A DNA stretch of 64,000 nucleotides, taken from contig NC_043002.1 in the NCBI RefSeq assembly GCF_006345805.1, positions 58,900,001-58,964,000 on the forward strand, read 5' to 3'. The notes under the pieces were generated by a model. The model saw only the letters and a program-made list of their open reading frames with translations, did not search any database and had not been told where the DNA came from. The stretch comes from Octopus sinensis (Eukaryota). Of this stretch, positions 28,305 through 40,295 are shown piece after piece (position 1 is the first letter of the stretch; every line of letters starts with the position of its first letter). The translations under genes were made by a program, and so were the position numbers.

Positions 28305-31300
28305 TTAAGAGAGAAGTTGGCCATAAGAAGAATTATATGCAATATGCAAAAGAGATGGTGTTTGTTTGGTCATGTGATGCAGATGGTGGAGGACAGTTGC
28401 ATAAAGAAGAACTGATCATTTAGTAGAGGGAAGTTGTGGAAAAGGGAAACCCAGAAAGACATTATAAACATTATGAAGATGACAGAGGACTGAGATATGT
28501 GACACATTGCAGTACTCAAGAAGACATGGCCACCATAGCAGAACTGAGATCCTAAAACCAAGGTTCCACATTAAAAAATTGGTGTGGGTGCTGGTACCAT
28601 GTAAAAAGTACCCAGTACATTCTGTAAAGTGGCTGGCATCAAGAAGGACATCCAGCCATAGAAACCAGGCTATAACAGATTATGGAACATGTGCAGCCCT
28701 GGGCCTTGTCAGTTCCTGTGAAGCTGTCCAACCCATGCCAGCACGGAAAACAGATGACAAATGTTGACAATGATGATGATACACATATATACACACACAC
28801 ATCATCATCACCATCATTTAACGTCCGGTTTCCATGTTAGTATGGGTTGGACGGATTCACTGAGGTCTGGAAAGCCAGCATCTGCACCAGGCTCCAATCT
28901 GATCTGGCAGTATTTCTACAGCTAGATGCTCTTTCTACAGCCAACCACTCCGAAAGTGTAGTGGATGTTTTTTACGTGCCACCGGCGTCAGGAGGCACTG
29001 GCATCGACCATGTTTGGATGGTGTATTTTATGTGTCACTGGAATGGGAGTCAGTCAGGGGGCACTGGTCACAGCTACGATTTTGGTCTTCCTTGAATCAG
29101 CAGGTCTTCTCAAGCATATCATATCACCCAACGCATCAAGGCTACTTTTAAATGGGCCAGACATGCAACACTGGCATCAGCCATGGCTGCAATCTCACTT
29201 TAGTTTCCAGGTCTTTACAATCACAGCATATCTCCAAAGGCCTCGGTCTCCTGTCATTGTCTCTGTAGGCCCAACATTTGAAGTTCATGCTTCATCACCT
29301 CATCCCATGTCTTCCTGGATCTACCACTTCCACAGTTAGGGTGTGGCACTTCCTTACACAGCTGGCCTCATCCATACATAACACATGACCATACCAGAGC
29401 AGTCTCTCTTGCACATCACATCTGATGCTCCTTATGTCCAACTTTTCTCTCATGGCACTCACACTCTGTCATGTATGCACACTGACATTACACATCCAGG
29501 TGTGTATGTATATATATATATATACATACACACATATATATGCATACATATCTATACATTTGTGAAGGAACATGGATTAGTGGTTAGGGTATTTGGTTCA
29601 TGAGTGTAAGGACATGAGTTCAATACCTGGTGGTACATTATGTCCCAGAGCAAGGCACTTTATTTCTCATTGCTCCAGTCCTCTCAGCCAGCCTTGTCAC
29701 ATTCTGTGTCACACTAAATTTCTATGAGAGTTATGTTAAGTGGAGTGCTCAACCACTTGCATGTTGATTTCGTATACAGGCTATTCCACTGATCAGATCA
29801 ATTGGACCCCTCATCATTGTAACTAACAGAGTGCCAGTTATGTAAGTGAGAAGATTTTTCTTGAAAGGAACTCAGCCACCCCGAGGCCCAATACCAAAAG
29901 GAACTCAGTCACTTTGCCTCTGTGAAGCCCAATGCCGAAAGGAACTCAATCACTTTGCCTCCCTGAGGCTCAATGCGAGGCCCAACGCTTGTGCGTCCTA
30001 ACAGATATATATATATATACACAGATATATATATATACACATACACACATACATATGTATGTATTTCTTTTACATGTTTCAGTCATTAGACTATGGCCAT
30101 GCTATGGCATGGCCTTCGAAAATTTTTAGTCGATCCTAATACTTACTTTCTTTAAAAGCCTGGTACTTATTCTATCAGCCCTGTCTGCTGAACTGCTAAG
30201 TTATGAAGACATAAAGAAACCAAAACCGGTGGTGGGAGGCAGACACACATATATATATATATATGTGTGTGTGTGTGTCTTTATATATATATGCAACAGT
30301 CTTCTTTCAGTTTCTGTCTACCAAATCCACTCACAAGGCTCTGGTTGGCCTCAGATCAAAAGTAGTAGTTGTAGTAGTAGTAGTAGTAGTAGTAATTAGT
30401 GGTGGTAGTAGCAAAGAAAAAAAAACATAGTTAAAATACCTTTTTGAAGGGAGACAACTCCGAGTTGTAGAGTTGCAGACTTTCTAATTGTGCATAAGAC
30501 ATAAACTGGGTTTTGCACTAGAGACATCACAACAGTTAAATGCTAGTGTTTCTGAGTAATTAGCTTCCATTTATTAAAAATGTATTAATTTTTAACATAG
30601 ACTTATGTCTAACATTCAATATGTATTTGATTATCCCATCACTACTTCATTTAGTATAGCAAAGTGTTTCACTGAAGAGATCTAATAATATATAAACATG
30701 TACCAAGTTACCTCCCATCTTGAAATTTTATTTGTTATCCAGTTTATGTTATCTTTTCTTCTTTACATTATTATTAATTAGCTTTTTGATGGTCATTACA
30801 TTAAATATTTCAGCATTAACCTAACTTTAGTTAAGAAAGCCAGTAAAGTGACAGCAACACAAAAACAAAAAACCCAAGACTTTGGTTTAAAGAGTATAGC
30901 AGAGTATTCACAAAGTGATTTTGATACCCATTCTAATTTCAATTTCAATCAATTGAGCTGTGTTTTTAAAATCTCTTGGAAAGAAAGATACATCAGAAAG
31001 ATCTATTTTCTATTATTGTGCCAAGATTTAACAAACAAATTAAAACCATTCACTTCAAAACTAAAACATTTTGCAGCAAAATTTTATTGGGCCTTGGTGC
31101 ATTATGTGATGTGTTTCTGAAGGTTCTGCTCATATTCTAATTCTGACAAATAATTATTGGAAATGTGTAAAAGAGAAAAAAAAACTCCTTTTTACAAATA
31201 CAGAATCTACATTAAATCTTAGAATACTGACCATCCTAGACCACTGCTACTTCTATGATACAAATTCGCTGTTTAAAAGTGATTGAAATCAAAATTTCCA

Positions 31301-32272
31301 GTGAAAATTCCATGTAAATTTATTTTCCAAACACCAGTTTAATACTGAGAAAGTTCTTTCAATAAATGTAACTTTAAAAGAAGGTACTGGAGTTGATTCC
31401 TTCAAGTAAAATTCTTCAAGGTAGTGCTCCAGCAAGGCCACAGTCTAATGACTGAAGCAAGTAAAAGATAGTTGCTGGCCAACCAAAACCCTTATGAGTG
31501 TATTTGGTAGATGGAAACTGAAAGAAGCCTGTTGTACATACACATGTGCATGAATATACAAAGATGTGTGTGACCCCCACCACCCCATGTTTCAAAATTA
31601 TTTCTAACAAAATCAGTGTATTTCATTAGACATAAGGTAACGAAAGGGTTTTCCAAGTTGATTTATGTTCTAAACACCAGTTTAATACTGGTATTTGGAA
31701 CATAAATTTCAGTAAATTTTTCATCATTTTCAAAATTAATTGTAACAAAAGCAATGTATTTCAAGAGGGATATATTAACAGAGAGGTTAAGCAGGATTTG
31801 AAACTGCAACTCTGCATTGTTATCTATTGATTAATAATTGTATGACTGAAATCATAAAAACTGCCTGCAGCTACCAGTTTCTTAGATATTACCTGCTGGA
31901 AGCATTTGTTTCCAAAATGGAGCAGTAATTTTCTACGTGACCTAGTTTCAATAAGTGTTTGGAGCCATTTCACTTCGTACAGCCAACTGCTAATGCTCTT
32001 GGGAGCAAAAAATAAACACATCACACAATTTCATTTTCTTTTCTCCATCAATCTGAGACTTTATGTCTATGTAAGAGCAAAACAAACAATTCCTTTAACT
32101 GTTCCAAGACCATGTGAAAAGGAGGAAATGAGTGTATGTTAATCTAGATAAGCGATTCTTAAAAGTTATACAGTATTCAGTGACCTCTGGCACTTAAATG
32201 CTCCTACCTATTATCATCATCATCAACATCATTTACATTTCATGGATATTTGTCCTCATCTTGTTTGCTGTT

Positions 32273-32319
32273 AACACAACATTTCGGCTGATATACCCTC
32301 CAAGCCTTCATCAGGTGTC
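32273..32319 (-). ncRNA. Minimal type I hammerhead ribozyme motif (left arm of copy 1)
   Basis: Minus strand reads GACAC-CUGAUGA-A-GGCU[uggaggguauauc]AGCC-GAAA-UG-UU-GUGUU. Confidence 0.6.
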
Positions 32320-32587
32320 TTGGGGAAATTGCGAACCTGGGTTCTCATTCCTAAGGTATTTTTCAATGTTATTGTTATTATTATTATTCAGGTCACTGCT
32401 TGGAATCGAACTCAGAATCTTGCGCACTTTTAACCACTATGCCCGTAGGCATATAGCATTATGGTTAAGAGCACAGGCTACTAACCCCTAGATTCCAAGT
32501 TCAATTCCAGACAGTGACCTGAAAAACAACAACAACCCCCCCCAAAAAAACTTTAGGAATGACAACCCAGGTTCGAAATTTCCCCAA

Positions 32588-32633
32588 GACACCTGATGAA
32601 AGCTGGAGAGTATATCAGCCGAAATGTTGTGTT
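32588..32633 (+). ncRNA. Minimal type I hammerhead ribozyme motif
   Basis: GACAC-CUGAUGA-A-AGCUG[gagaguauau]CAGCC-GAAA-UG-UU-GUGUU: conserved core boxes, stem II, stem I GACAC/GUGUU, vestigial stem III. Confidence 0.6.
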
Positions 32634-32940
32634 AACAACAAACAAGATGAGGACAAATATCCATCAAATGTAAATAATGTAAATCATGAACATCATTTAG
32701 TGTCCATTTTCCATTTTAGCATGGGTCGGGTAGTTTGACAGGAGCTGGCAAAGCTGGAGAGCTGCATCAGGTTTCATCTGTCTGTTTTGGTTCCCACAGC
32801 TGGATGCCCTTCCTAATGCCAACCACTTCAAGGTGTACTGGAAGCTTTTTATGTGGCAGCAGCATGTCTTGTAAGAATATATAATACATAGATATGGGTG
32901 TGGCACCGATTTATACACACACATACATACATATATTTTT

Positions 32941-33277
32941 GTTTTTTCGATGTTGTTGTTATTATTATTATTCAGGTTACTGTCTGGAATCAAACTCGGA
33001 ATCTTGGGGTTAGAAGCCCACGCTCTTAACCACTACGCCATATGCCCGTAGTGGTTAAGAGCGCTGGCTACTAACCCCAAGATTCCGAGTTCAATTCCAG
33101 ACAGTAACCTGAATAATAATTACAACATCGAAAAAACAAAAATACCTTAGGAATGAGAACCCAGGTGCAAAATTTCCCCAAGACACCTGAAGGTTGGAGG
33201 GTATATCAGCCAAAACGTGATAACAACAAACAAGATGTAAATAATGTACATAATTCCTCATCTCTTAAATATAGAAC
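32941..33277. mobile_element. Palindromic tRNA-headed hammerhead retroposon (copy 2)
   Basis: Same junction ccatatgcccgt (33044-33049); best-preserved tRNA head; ribozyme core degenerate (ctgaagg..., ccaaaacgt). Confidence 0.75.
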
Positions 33278-33339
33278 ACTTTAGATTTTTGTCAATCCCA
33301 TTGGCTGTAATAAGAATAATCTTTCCTAATTTAGTCACA

Positions 33340-35117
33340 AGACCAGCTCTTTAGGTCCTGAGTTCAAATCCTGCTTAGGCTGACTTTGCTTTTTATCCTT
33401 TCAGGATCAATAAAATAAAAGTACCGGTTGGGGAATGGGGCTGATCATATCAAGCAACTCCCTTTCATTAAAATTGCTGGCCTTGGGTCAAAACTTCAAA
33501 AATGTTATCATTAAGGAGGCAAAATTGTTAATGCATTGGACAACAAAATGCTCAGCAGTGTTTCTTCTCACTTGTTACATTCTGAGGTCAAATGTCACCG
33601 AGGTGGGCTTTGCCTTTCATCCATGCAGAGTCAATAAAATAAAATACCAGTCAAGTACTGGCGCACACTGTAATTGACTTTGCCCCATTATGATGATGAT
33701 GATTATTAGGTGTCAAGCTGACAGAATCTTTAGTTGAAATGCTTAATGGTATTTTGCCCACTGCTATGTTCGGAGTTCAAATTCTGCTGAACCCGACATA
33801 CCTGTTGAACACTGGGGTCAACGTAATCAACTCATCCCCTCCCCCAAAACAGCTGCCCTTCAGGCAAAATTTAAACGCCAATCATCCTTTTGGGTTCGAT
33901 AAATTAAGTACCAGTTGATTACTGGCGTTGATGTGATTGACTGTCCCCACCTCCACACACACAAAATCCAGGCCTTGTGCTTTTAGTAGAAAGGTTTGTT
34001 ATTATTATTATTATTATTATTACTACTAAGTGGGTGGTGAGCAGGCAGAATTGTTAGCAAGCTGGGTGAAATGCTTAGCGGTATTTCATCTGCCGCTACG
34101 TTCTGAGTTCAAATTCTGCCGAGGTCGACTTTGCCTTTCATCCTTGAGGAGTCGATTAAATAAGTACCAGTTACACACTGGGGTCGATATAATCGACTTG
34201 ATCTTTTTGTGTGTCCTCTTTGTGTTTAGCCCCTTGTGGGTAGTAAAGAAATAGGTATTTCATCTGCTGCTACATTCTGAATTCAAATTCTGCCGAGGTC
34301 TGCTTTGCCTTTCATCCTTTTGGGGGTTGATGAAATAAGTACCAGCTACACACTGGGGTCAATGTAATCGACTAGCCCCCTTCCCCGAAAAATTTTCAAG
34401 GCCTTGTGCCCAAAGTAGAAATAATAATTATTATAAAGGTGGCAAGCTGACAGAATCATTAACATGCTGGGGCAAAATGTTTAGTGACATGTCATTCATC
34501 CTTACGTTGTGAGTTCAAATTCCACCGAGGTCACTTTTTCCTTTCATCCTTTTGGGATCAATAAAATAAGTACCAGTTGAATACTGGGGTAGACATAATC
34601 AAATTATCTATCCCCCAAAATTCCAGGCCTTGTGCCTTTAGTAGATAGGTTTATTATTATTATTATTATTATTATTAAGGCAGTGAGCTGGCAGAATCAG
34701 AAGCATGCCAGGCAAAATGCTTTGTGGCATTTTGTCCATCTCTATGCCCTGAGTTCAAACTCCGCCAAGGTTGACTTTACACTTCATCCTTTCAGGGTTG
34801 ATAAAATAAGTACGCGTTGAGCACTGGGGGTTAATGTAATCAACTTACACACTACTCCAAAGTTGCTGGCCTTGTGCCAAAATCTGAAGCCATCATCAAC
34901 ATTATTATTACTATTATTAAAGGTAGCAAGCTGGTAGAATCGTTAGCACACTGGATGAAATGCTTAGCGGTAATTCACCCATTGCTACGTTCTGAGTTCA
35001 AATTGTCATGGCTTTCATCCTTTCGGGGTTGATAAAAATAATTACCAGTTGGAAACTGGGGTTGATGTAATGGACTCATCTCCTTCCCCCATTGCTGCTT
35101 GTGTCAAAATTTGAAAC
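33340..35117 (+). repeat. Head-to-tail cluster of about 9 copies or fragments of a second tRNA-derived SINE, often separated by (ATT)n
   Basis: Recurrent gagctggcagaa...ttctgagttcaaattc...ctttcatccttt...aagtaccagtt units starting near 33340, 33515, 33708, 33880, 34029, 34250, 34436, 34678 and 34919. Confidence 0.8.
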
Positions 35118-35404
35118 ATCATCATTTAACGTCTGCTTTCCATGCTGGCATGGGTTGGACAGTTTGACTGAGGACTGGTGAGCCAGATGGCTGCACCAGG
35201 CCCCAATCTGATCTGGTAGTTTCTACAGCTGGATGCCCTTCCTAACGCCAACCACTCTGAGAGTGTTGTGGGTGCTTTTACATGCCACCGGCATGAGGGC
35301 CAGTCAGGTGGTACTGGCAACAATCACGCTCAAATGGTGTTTTTTATGTGCCACCTCGCTTGAATGTTGTTTTTCATGTGTCACCGGCATTTATAAACAG
35401 CTAT

Positions 35405-36030
35405 TTTTCCCTTTTTCAGGGGAGGATGTAGTCAATTTGGCTAGTGTGTCTGCCAGAACGGTAGGTGACTGTCAGGTTTCCTGAAATTAGTATTGCAAAC
35501 CATAAGATCATTTGTATCGCAGAACTCCAGCAGCCTGGTTCCCTCCTCATTACAAGAGCCAAAACTGTAGCCTCCATGTACACCATGGAAGCCCCCTGTA
35601 TGTTGTCCAACATGTCCATTGAAGTCACCATCCACAAAGAGGTCCCTGTCATTTGTCAACGAGGTAGTCTGCAAGAGGGTGTCATAAAATGCACTAATCT
35701 AATCTTAAGTACTCTGTTGCATACTCGGACTACCTCCGCAAGAAGTATACCCATGGCCCCGACCCCGTCAGTGTTCCATGCCCAGAAAATCTTGTACCAG
35801 TGTTCTTTGCCTGTGAGGAACCTAGCAGAACCTCCTCTCTACCTTACTTCTTGGAGGCAGCACAAATTGACACATCTCCATTCAAGCATCTCAACAATCT
35901 CACCAGACCTACTTTTCAGTGTGCCAGATCTGAGAGTGTGGGCCCGTGAGACCCTGGGATGGGGGACAGCAGCGTCATGTACCTGGAAAGAAAGCTCGCA
36001 TTTGGCAGAATTCATAAACAAACAATAGCC
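35405..36030 (-). mobile_element. RTE LINE 5' part, APE endonuclease remnant
   Basis: GTLKSRSGEIVEMLE...CCLQEVR and GDFNGHVG endonuclease motifs, with frameshifts. Confidence 0.85.
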
Positions 36031-37018
36031 TTCAACCTGCATACACTACACCATCATTTTTATGCACTATATGATCAATGAACCCTAGGTAGGAGTGGGG
36101 ATGGCGTTAAGCCTTTAGAAGTGTTCATGGGAGACAACCAAAGGATGACAAGAGGATAGGAACTTTTGGTACAGGTGGAGGGGGTGGGAGGACGGGTGTA
36201 CCGTGAGCTAGCAAATTTAGACAAGAGCATCTTCTGGATTTGTATTCCTTCGAGGGAGTTATTAAAATCGAGTAGGGGAATCCGAGTGCATGTGCTAGTT
36301 TATATAGGGTGGTGGTGGTGGAAAAGGGGGGAAGTGTTGGCGAATTAAGTGGTAAATCGAAAGAGAGAGAGAAACAGACAGTGAGGCAGAGAGAGAGAGA
36401 GCCAGAGTTAGGGTGATCAGGCATAGAACACGAGGGAGAAAAATATTCTTTGGGATTTTGGGTAACATAATTTAATGAAACAGCAAATGCCGATAATAGT
36501 GAAATAGAACTGAAAAATCTAAGAATTTTCAGTCAGCCAATCTGTGACAAATTTAGAGAGATGAGTTATGATGTGATAAACTTGAATAAATAAATATATG
36601 ACAATTAACAGATATACATCAACTTAAAACAATGAGGAAGATGAAACTATTGTAACTATGTTTACATGATAATGAAATAGATAGAATAATGGAAAGAACT
36701 AATAAGGGGTTTATGATCTGCACAGAAATAGAGGAGTAGATGAACGAGGTTTAAAAAACAAAATCTCTGATCTTAGCATCTTCTGAAATTTGTATTCTTT
36801 CGGCAAGGCGGCAAAATGGCAGAATCGTTAGCATGCCAGGCAAAATGCTATGTGGCATTTCGTCTGTCATTATATTCTGAGTTCAAATTCCACCAAATTC
36901 AATTTTGTTTTTCATCCTTTTGGCTTGATAAAACAAAGACCAGTTGAGTACTGGGGTTGATGTAATGAATTTACCCGTCTCCTGAAATTGCTGGCCTTGT
37001 GGCAGAATTTGAAACCAC

Positions 37019-37597
37019 TATTACCTCTGCTTTAACAAAGGTGGAGGTATTGTTTTCAGTTGTGTTTGTTTGTCTGTGGATTAGATATCTCAAGAACTGC
37101 TGGATGGATTTGAATGAAACTTTCAGGGATGTCTGACCTCATAACTGGCACAAACTGATTAGATTTTGAGATTGCCCCGGTACTGGACAAGGATTCTGGA
37201 TTATTTTTCCTAGCTTTTTACTTAATTTTTGAGAGTGGTCAGGTTCATTTTTAGTATTCTCATTTGTGAGAGCAGTCGAGTTTATTTCAGATATTCGCAT
37301 TTAAAAAACCACCTCTGGCAACCAGCTCTCTTTGCTTTCTCCGAACTACAACATTGCTAATCGCTTGCTTCCCAGTTTACTTACTGTTGGCTACTAACTA
37401 CTGTGACTATTCCCACCATTTGCCCGTGCTTCGTCCAATGTGTGTCTTCTTCACAACTAACTCAGAGCAGAGATCATGTTTGTGTGCCGACCGACTGGCA
37501 CACACACTCGTGCTCGATACTGCTGGCGACGATAACAGCCTTTAGAGGACATTGGTGTTGCCATGGCAGAGGTTTGCGCTCTCTAAGAGCTCTTGTT
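37019..37597 (+). mobile_element. Helentron-type non-autonomous element (HINE/DINE-like)
   Basis: Sub-terminal inverted repeats ACCTCTGC (37023) and GCAGAGGT (37566), 3' hairpin gctct-cta-agagc, tgtttgtttgtctgt tract and ggatttgaatgaaactt motif typical of these elements. Confidence 0.65.
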
Positions 37598-38081
37598 AAT
37601 ATTATTATTATTATCAGCCAGCTAAGATTTCAACTTCTTTTAGCATATACTCATTACCACAGTTAATTTGAAGAAAAATCATCAAAAGCAACAAACAAAA
37701 GAGCAAGCAAAAAGAAAGTCATGACACGTTTTAAACAAACATAATTTGTTATTTATATTTTGACATGAATTTAGGAAGGAAAAAAAAACAAAAAAATACA
37801 TATATAAATATATATATATGTGTTTTTGTGTGTATATGTATATGTAACCTAAAACATGGAACAAAAAAAAAAGAACAAAAAGGAAAAATAAAATGGTCTC
37901 TCTTCTCCCCAACGATGAGTCATTGGCAAATGAAAAGAGGAATAAGAATAACAGAGTAAATATCAGATAAGTCTGTCGCTGGTGAAATAGTTCAGAATAA
38001 GAAGTGTGTGAGTGCGTGTGTGTGTATGTATATGTATATGTGTTTGTGTGGAAAAGGGAGGGGGAGATGAGATATTTTTTA

Positions 38082-38195
38082 TTATTCCGCTTCTTCATCT
38101 TCCTCCTCCTCCTCTTCTTCTTCTTCTTCTTCCGAACCGGCAGATCCTGACTCAGAAGCTTCCGGAGAACTGAGGATTTCTTCATCAGATGGTAA
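38082..38195 (-). CDS. SSRP1: SSRP1 last coding exon: LPSDEEILSSPEASESGSAGS(E)11DEEAE*
   Basis: Acceptor ccttttcctctAG; in frame with the previous exon; resembles the SSRP1 acidic tail; tandem TAA TAA. 3' UTR extends leftward; no canonical AATAAA seen in the next ~400 nt. Confidence 0.88.
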   Translation of the reverse strand, partial: LPSDEEILSSPEASESGSAGSEEEEEEEEEEEDEEAE

Positions 38196-38913
38196 CTAGA
38201 GGAAAAGGTGAAAGAAAAATGGAAAAAATTTAAGGATATGGAAATGTGGCCAGAAAGTTGTTAAAGACTCGTGAGAAAAATGCAAAAGGAATACAGGATA
38301 ATGTTTGTATAGGACCAAAGCAATCTCTTGAGAATTCACAGAACCCACACACTAACCTGCTTGAGACTACCCCATAGCTCTATATTTTAGAGTTCTTGCT
38401 TTAAAGAACCTTCCACCAAAATTCCATGTTAATTTATGATCCAAACACCATTTTAATGAAAACAAAGCAACCTTTTTCATCCTTTAATACTACTCTCCCG
38501 CCTCACTTGAAAGGGTGTTGTCTTGCAAGTTACATGGTGACCTCAATGAAGCTGGTGCTACATAAAAGTACCCAGTACACTCTGTACAATGGCTATCATT
38601 AGGAAGGGCACCCAACTGCAGAAAACACACCAAAGCAGACAACAAATGCTTGGTGCAGTTCTGACTTGGATATCGTCCAACCCATACCAGCATGGAAAAC
38701 ATATTATATGATGATGATGATGATGATTATGATTTTAAGAAATTTTTCATTATTTTTAAAGTTTAATTAAAGCAAAGACTGTATTTCAATAGATTTACAA
38801 TTAGAAAGGGTTGTTAAGAGAAATATCTCTTCGGTGGCTAGTTTATCCCTTTTGATACAAACCTTCCCGAGGTCACCTTTAGTTCTATGATACAAAGTTT
38901 ATGCTTAAAAGTG

Positions 38914-39523
38914 GGATCTTCACCTTTTGATCAACAGATTTAAAAAATAATTTTTTGTAACTAAACACTTTCAAACTTCAGACACTGGTAGAATGTGTCA
39001 TATAAAACATCATTTACTCTTAGCGTTTTTGAGAAAAGCTTATATTTAGGAGGTTATTTCATCTTAAAGTTCTCGTATTTCAGTAATATCAATCAATCAA
39101 TGACGTGTATTCAGCTGAATAAAATTACTGCCGTTGTTTGTCAACAAGAACTATAAGCGGTGTATTTTTCGTTTGTCACTGTTATTTATGACATCGTTCG
39201 TGTATTTGTACTGGTTTTAGCTTTAAGGTTTTAGGTTTAGGGTTGTCATAAATAACAGTGACAAACGAAAAATACACCACTGATAGTTGTTGTTGACAAA
39301 CAATGGCAGTAATTTTAATCAGCTGAATACACGTCATTGATTGGTTGAAATTACCAAAATACAAGAACTTTAACGTGAAATAACTTCCTAAATATAAACT
39401 TTTCTCAAAAACGCTAGGAGTAAAAGATGTTTTATATGACACATTCTACCAGTGTCTGAAGTTTGAAAGTGTTTAGTTACAAAAAATTATTTTTTAAATC
39501 TGTCGGTCAAAAAGTGAAGATCC
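38914..39523. repeat. Long foldback element/MITE in the last SSRP1 intron
   Basis: Inverted arms 38914-39193 and 39244-39523 (280 nt each); 50-nt spacer with tttagg/tttaggg-like repeats. Confidence 0.92.
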
Positions 39524-40048
39524 TAAAAGTGATTTAAGCTAAAACCTTCCATTGAAATTTCATGTTAGTTTAAGTTCAAAACACCTGCTCAATGATAAAG
39601 TTACTTTAATAAATTTTACAGCACCTGATCCTGCAGGTGCTGGCCCCACATAAGAACACACCTGCGCTCTTTATCTTGTAACTTTGAGATTTCAATAACA
39701 TATCGCTTTTTTTTTTTTTTTATTGAAGTCATCAGACTGTGTGGCCATGCTGGGGCAACACCTTGAGGAAATTTAGTTGAATGAACTGACCCCAAAAAAC
39801 CAGACAAACACACATAAATATACAACAGGTTTCTTCCGGTTTCCACCTACTAAATTCACTCACAAGCCTTTGGTTGGCCCGAGGATATAGTAGAAGACAC
39901 TTGCCCAAGGTGCCATGCTGTCGGATTGAACCCAAAACTATGTGGTTGGGATGCAAACCTCTTTCCACACAGCCATGCCTATACCTATATAATCATTGAA
40001 AAACTGTAAACCAGTTGACATAAAACATGTCAGTGAAGCATTATTTAC

Positions 40049-40295
40049 CTCGCCCACTTCCTCGTCATCATCATCATCTTTCTCCGCCTTCTCTTCTTTC
40101 TTGTCAGCTTTCTTGGCCTTTGTTGTCTTTTCAGGCGTCTCTTTCTTCATTTTCTTTTTCTTTGGTTTGTCCTCGTTTGAACTGGATTCAGAGCTGGAGA
40201 TGAACTCTTTGCTCTTATAGTCGCCGGTAGCTCGACTAACATTGGCGTCGGATTTTCGAGCAGAGCTCTTTTTAGGTGTCTTTGCTGGAGATGAA
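40049..40295 (-). CDS. SSRP1: SSRP1 coding exon: (N)SSPAKTPKKSSARKSDANVSRATGDYKSKEFISSSESSSNEDKPKKKK...DDDDDEEVGE
   Basis: YKSKEFISSSESSS matches the SSRP1 C-terminal FKSKEFVSSDESSS motif; ctcgtttcttAG / GTaaat; 247 nt, phase 2/0. Confidence 0.92.

Larger units (their letters stand above)
32231..32684. mobile_element. Palindromic head-to-head dimer of a tRNA-headed, Penelope-like non-autonomous retroposon (copy 1)
   Basis: Left arm is the reverse complement of the right arm around gcccgt (32441-32446); each arm has a tRNA-like head remnant, an (AAT)n linker and a hammerhead-bearing tail. Confidence 0.75.

Noticed and set aside
33044-33110. tRNA-like sequence with an apparent ACT anticodon (also the tRNA-Arg-like head at 63490-63550)
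   Set aside because: No acceptor stem or T-run terminator; it continues into retroposon body. These are SINE heads, not tRNA genes.
32231-35117. CRISPR-like repeat/spacer appearance of recurring units
   Set aside because: Eukaryotic context; units are long diverged SINEs with no constant repeat or unique spacers, and no cas genes.
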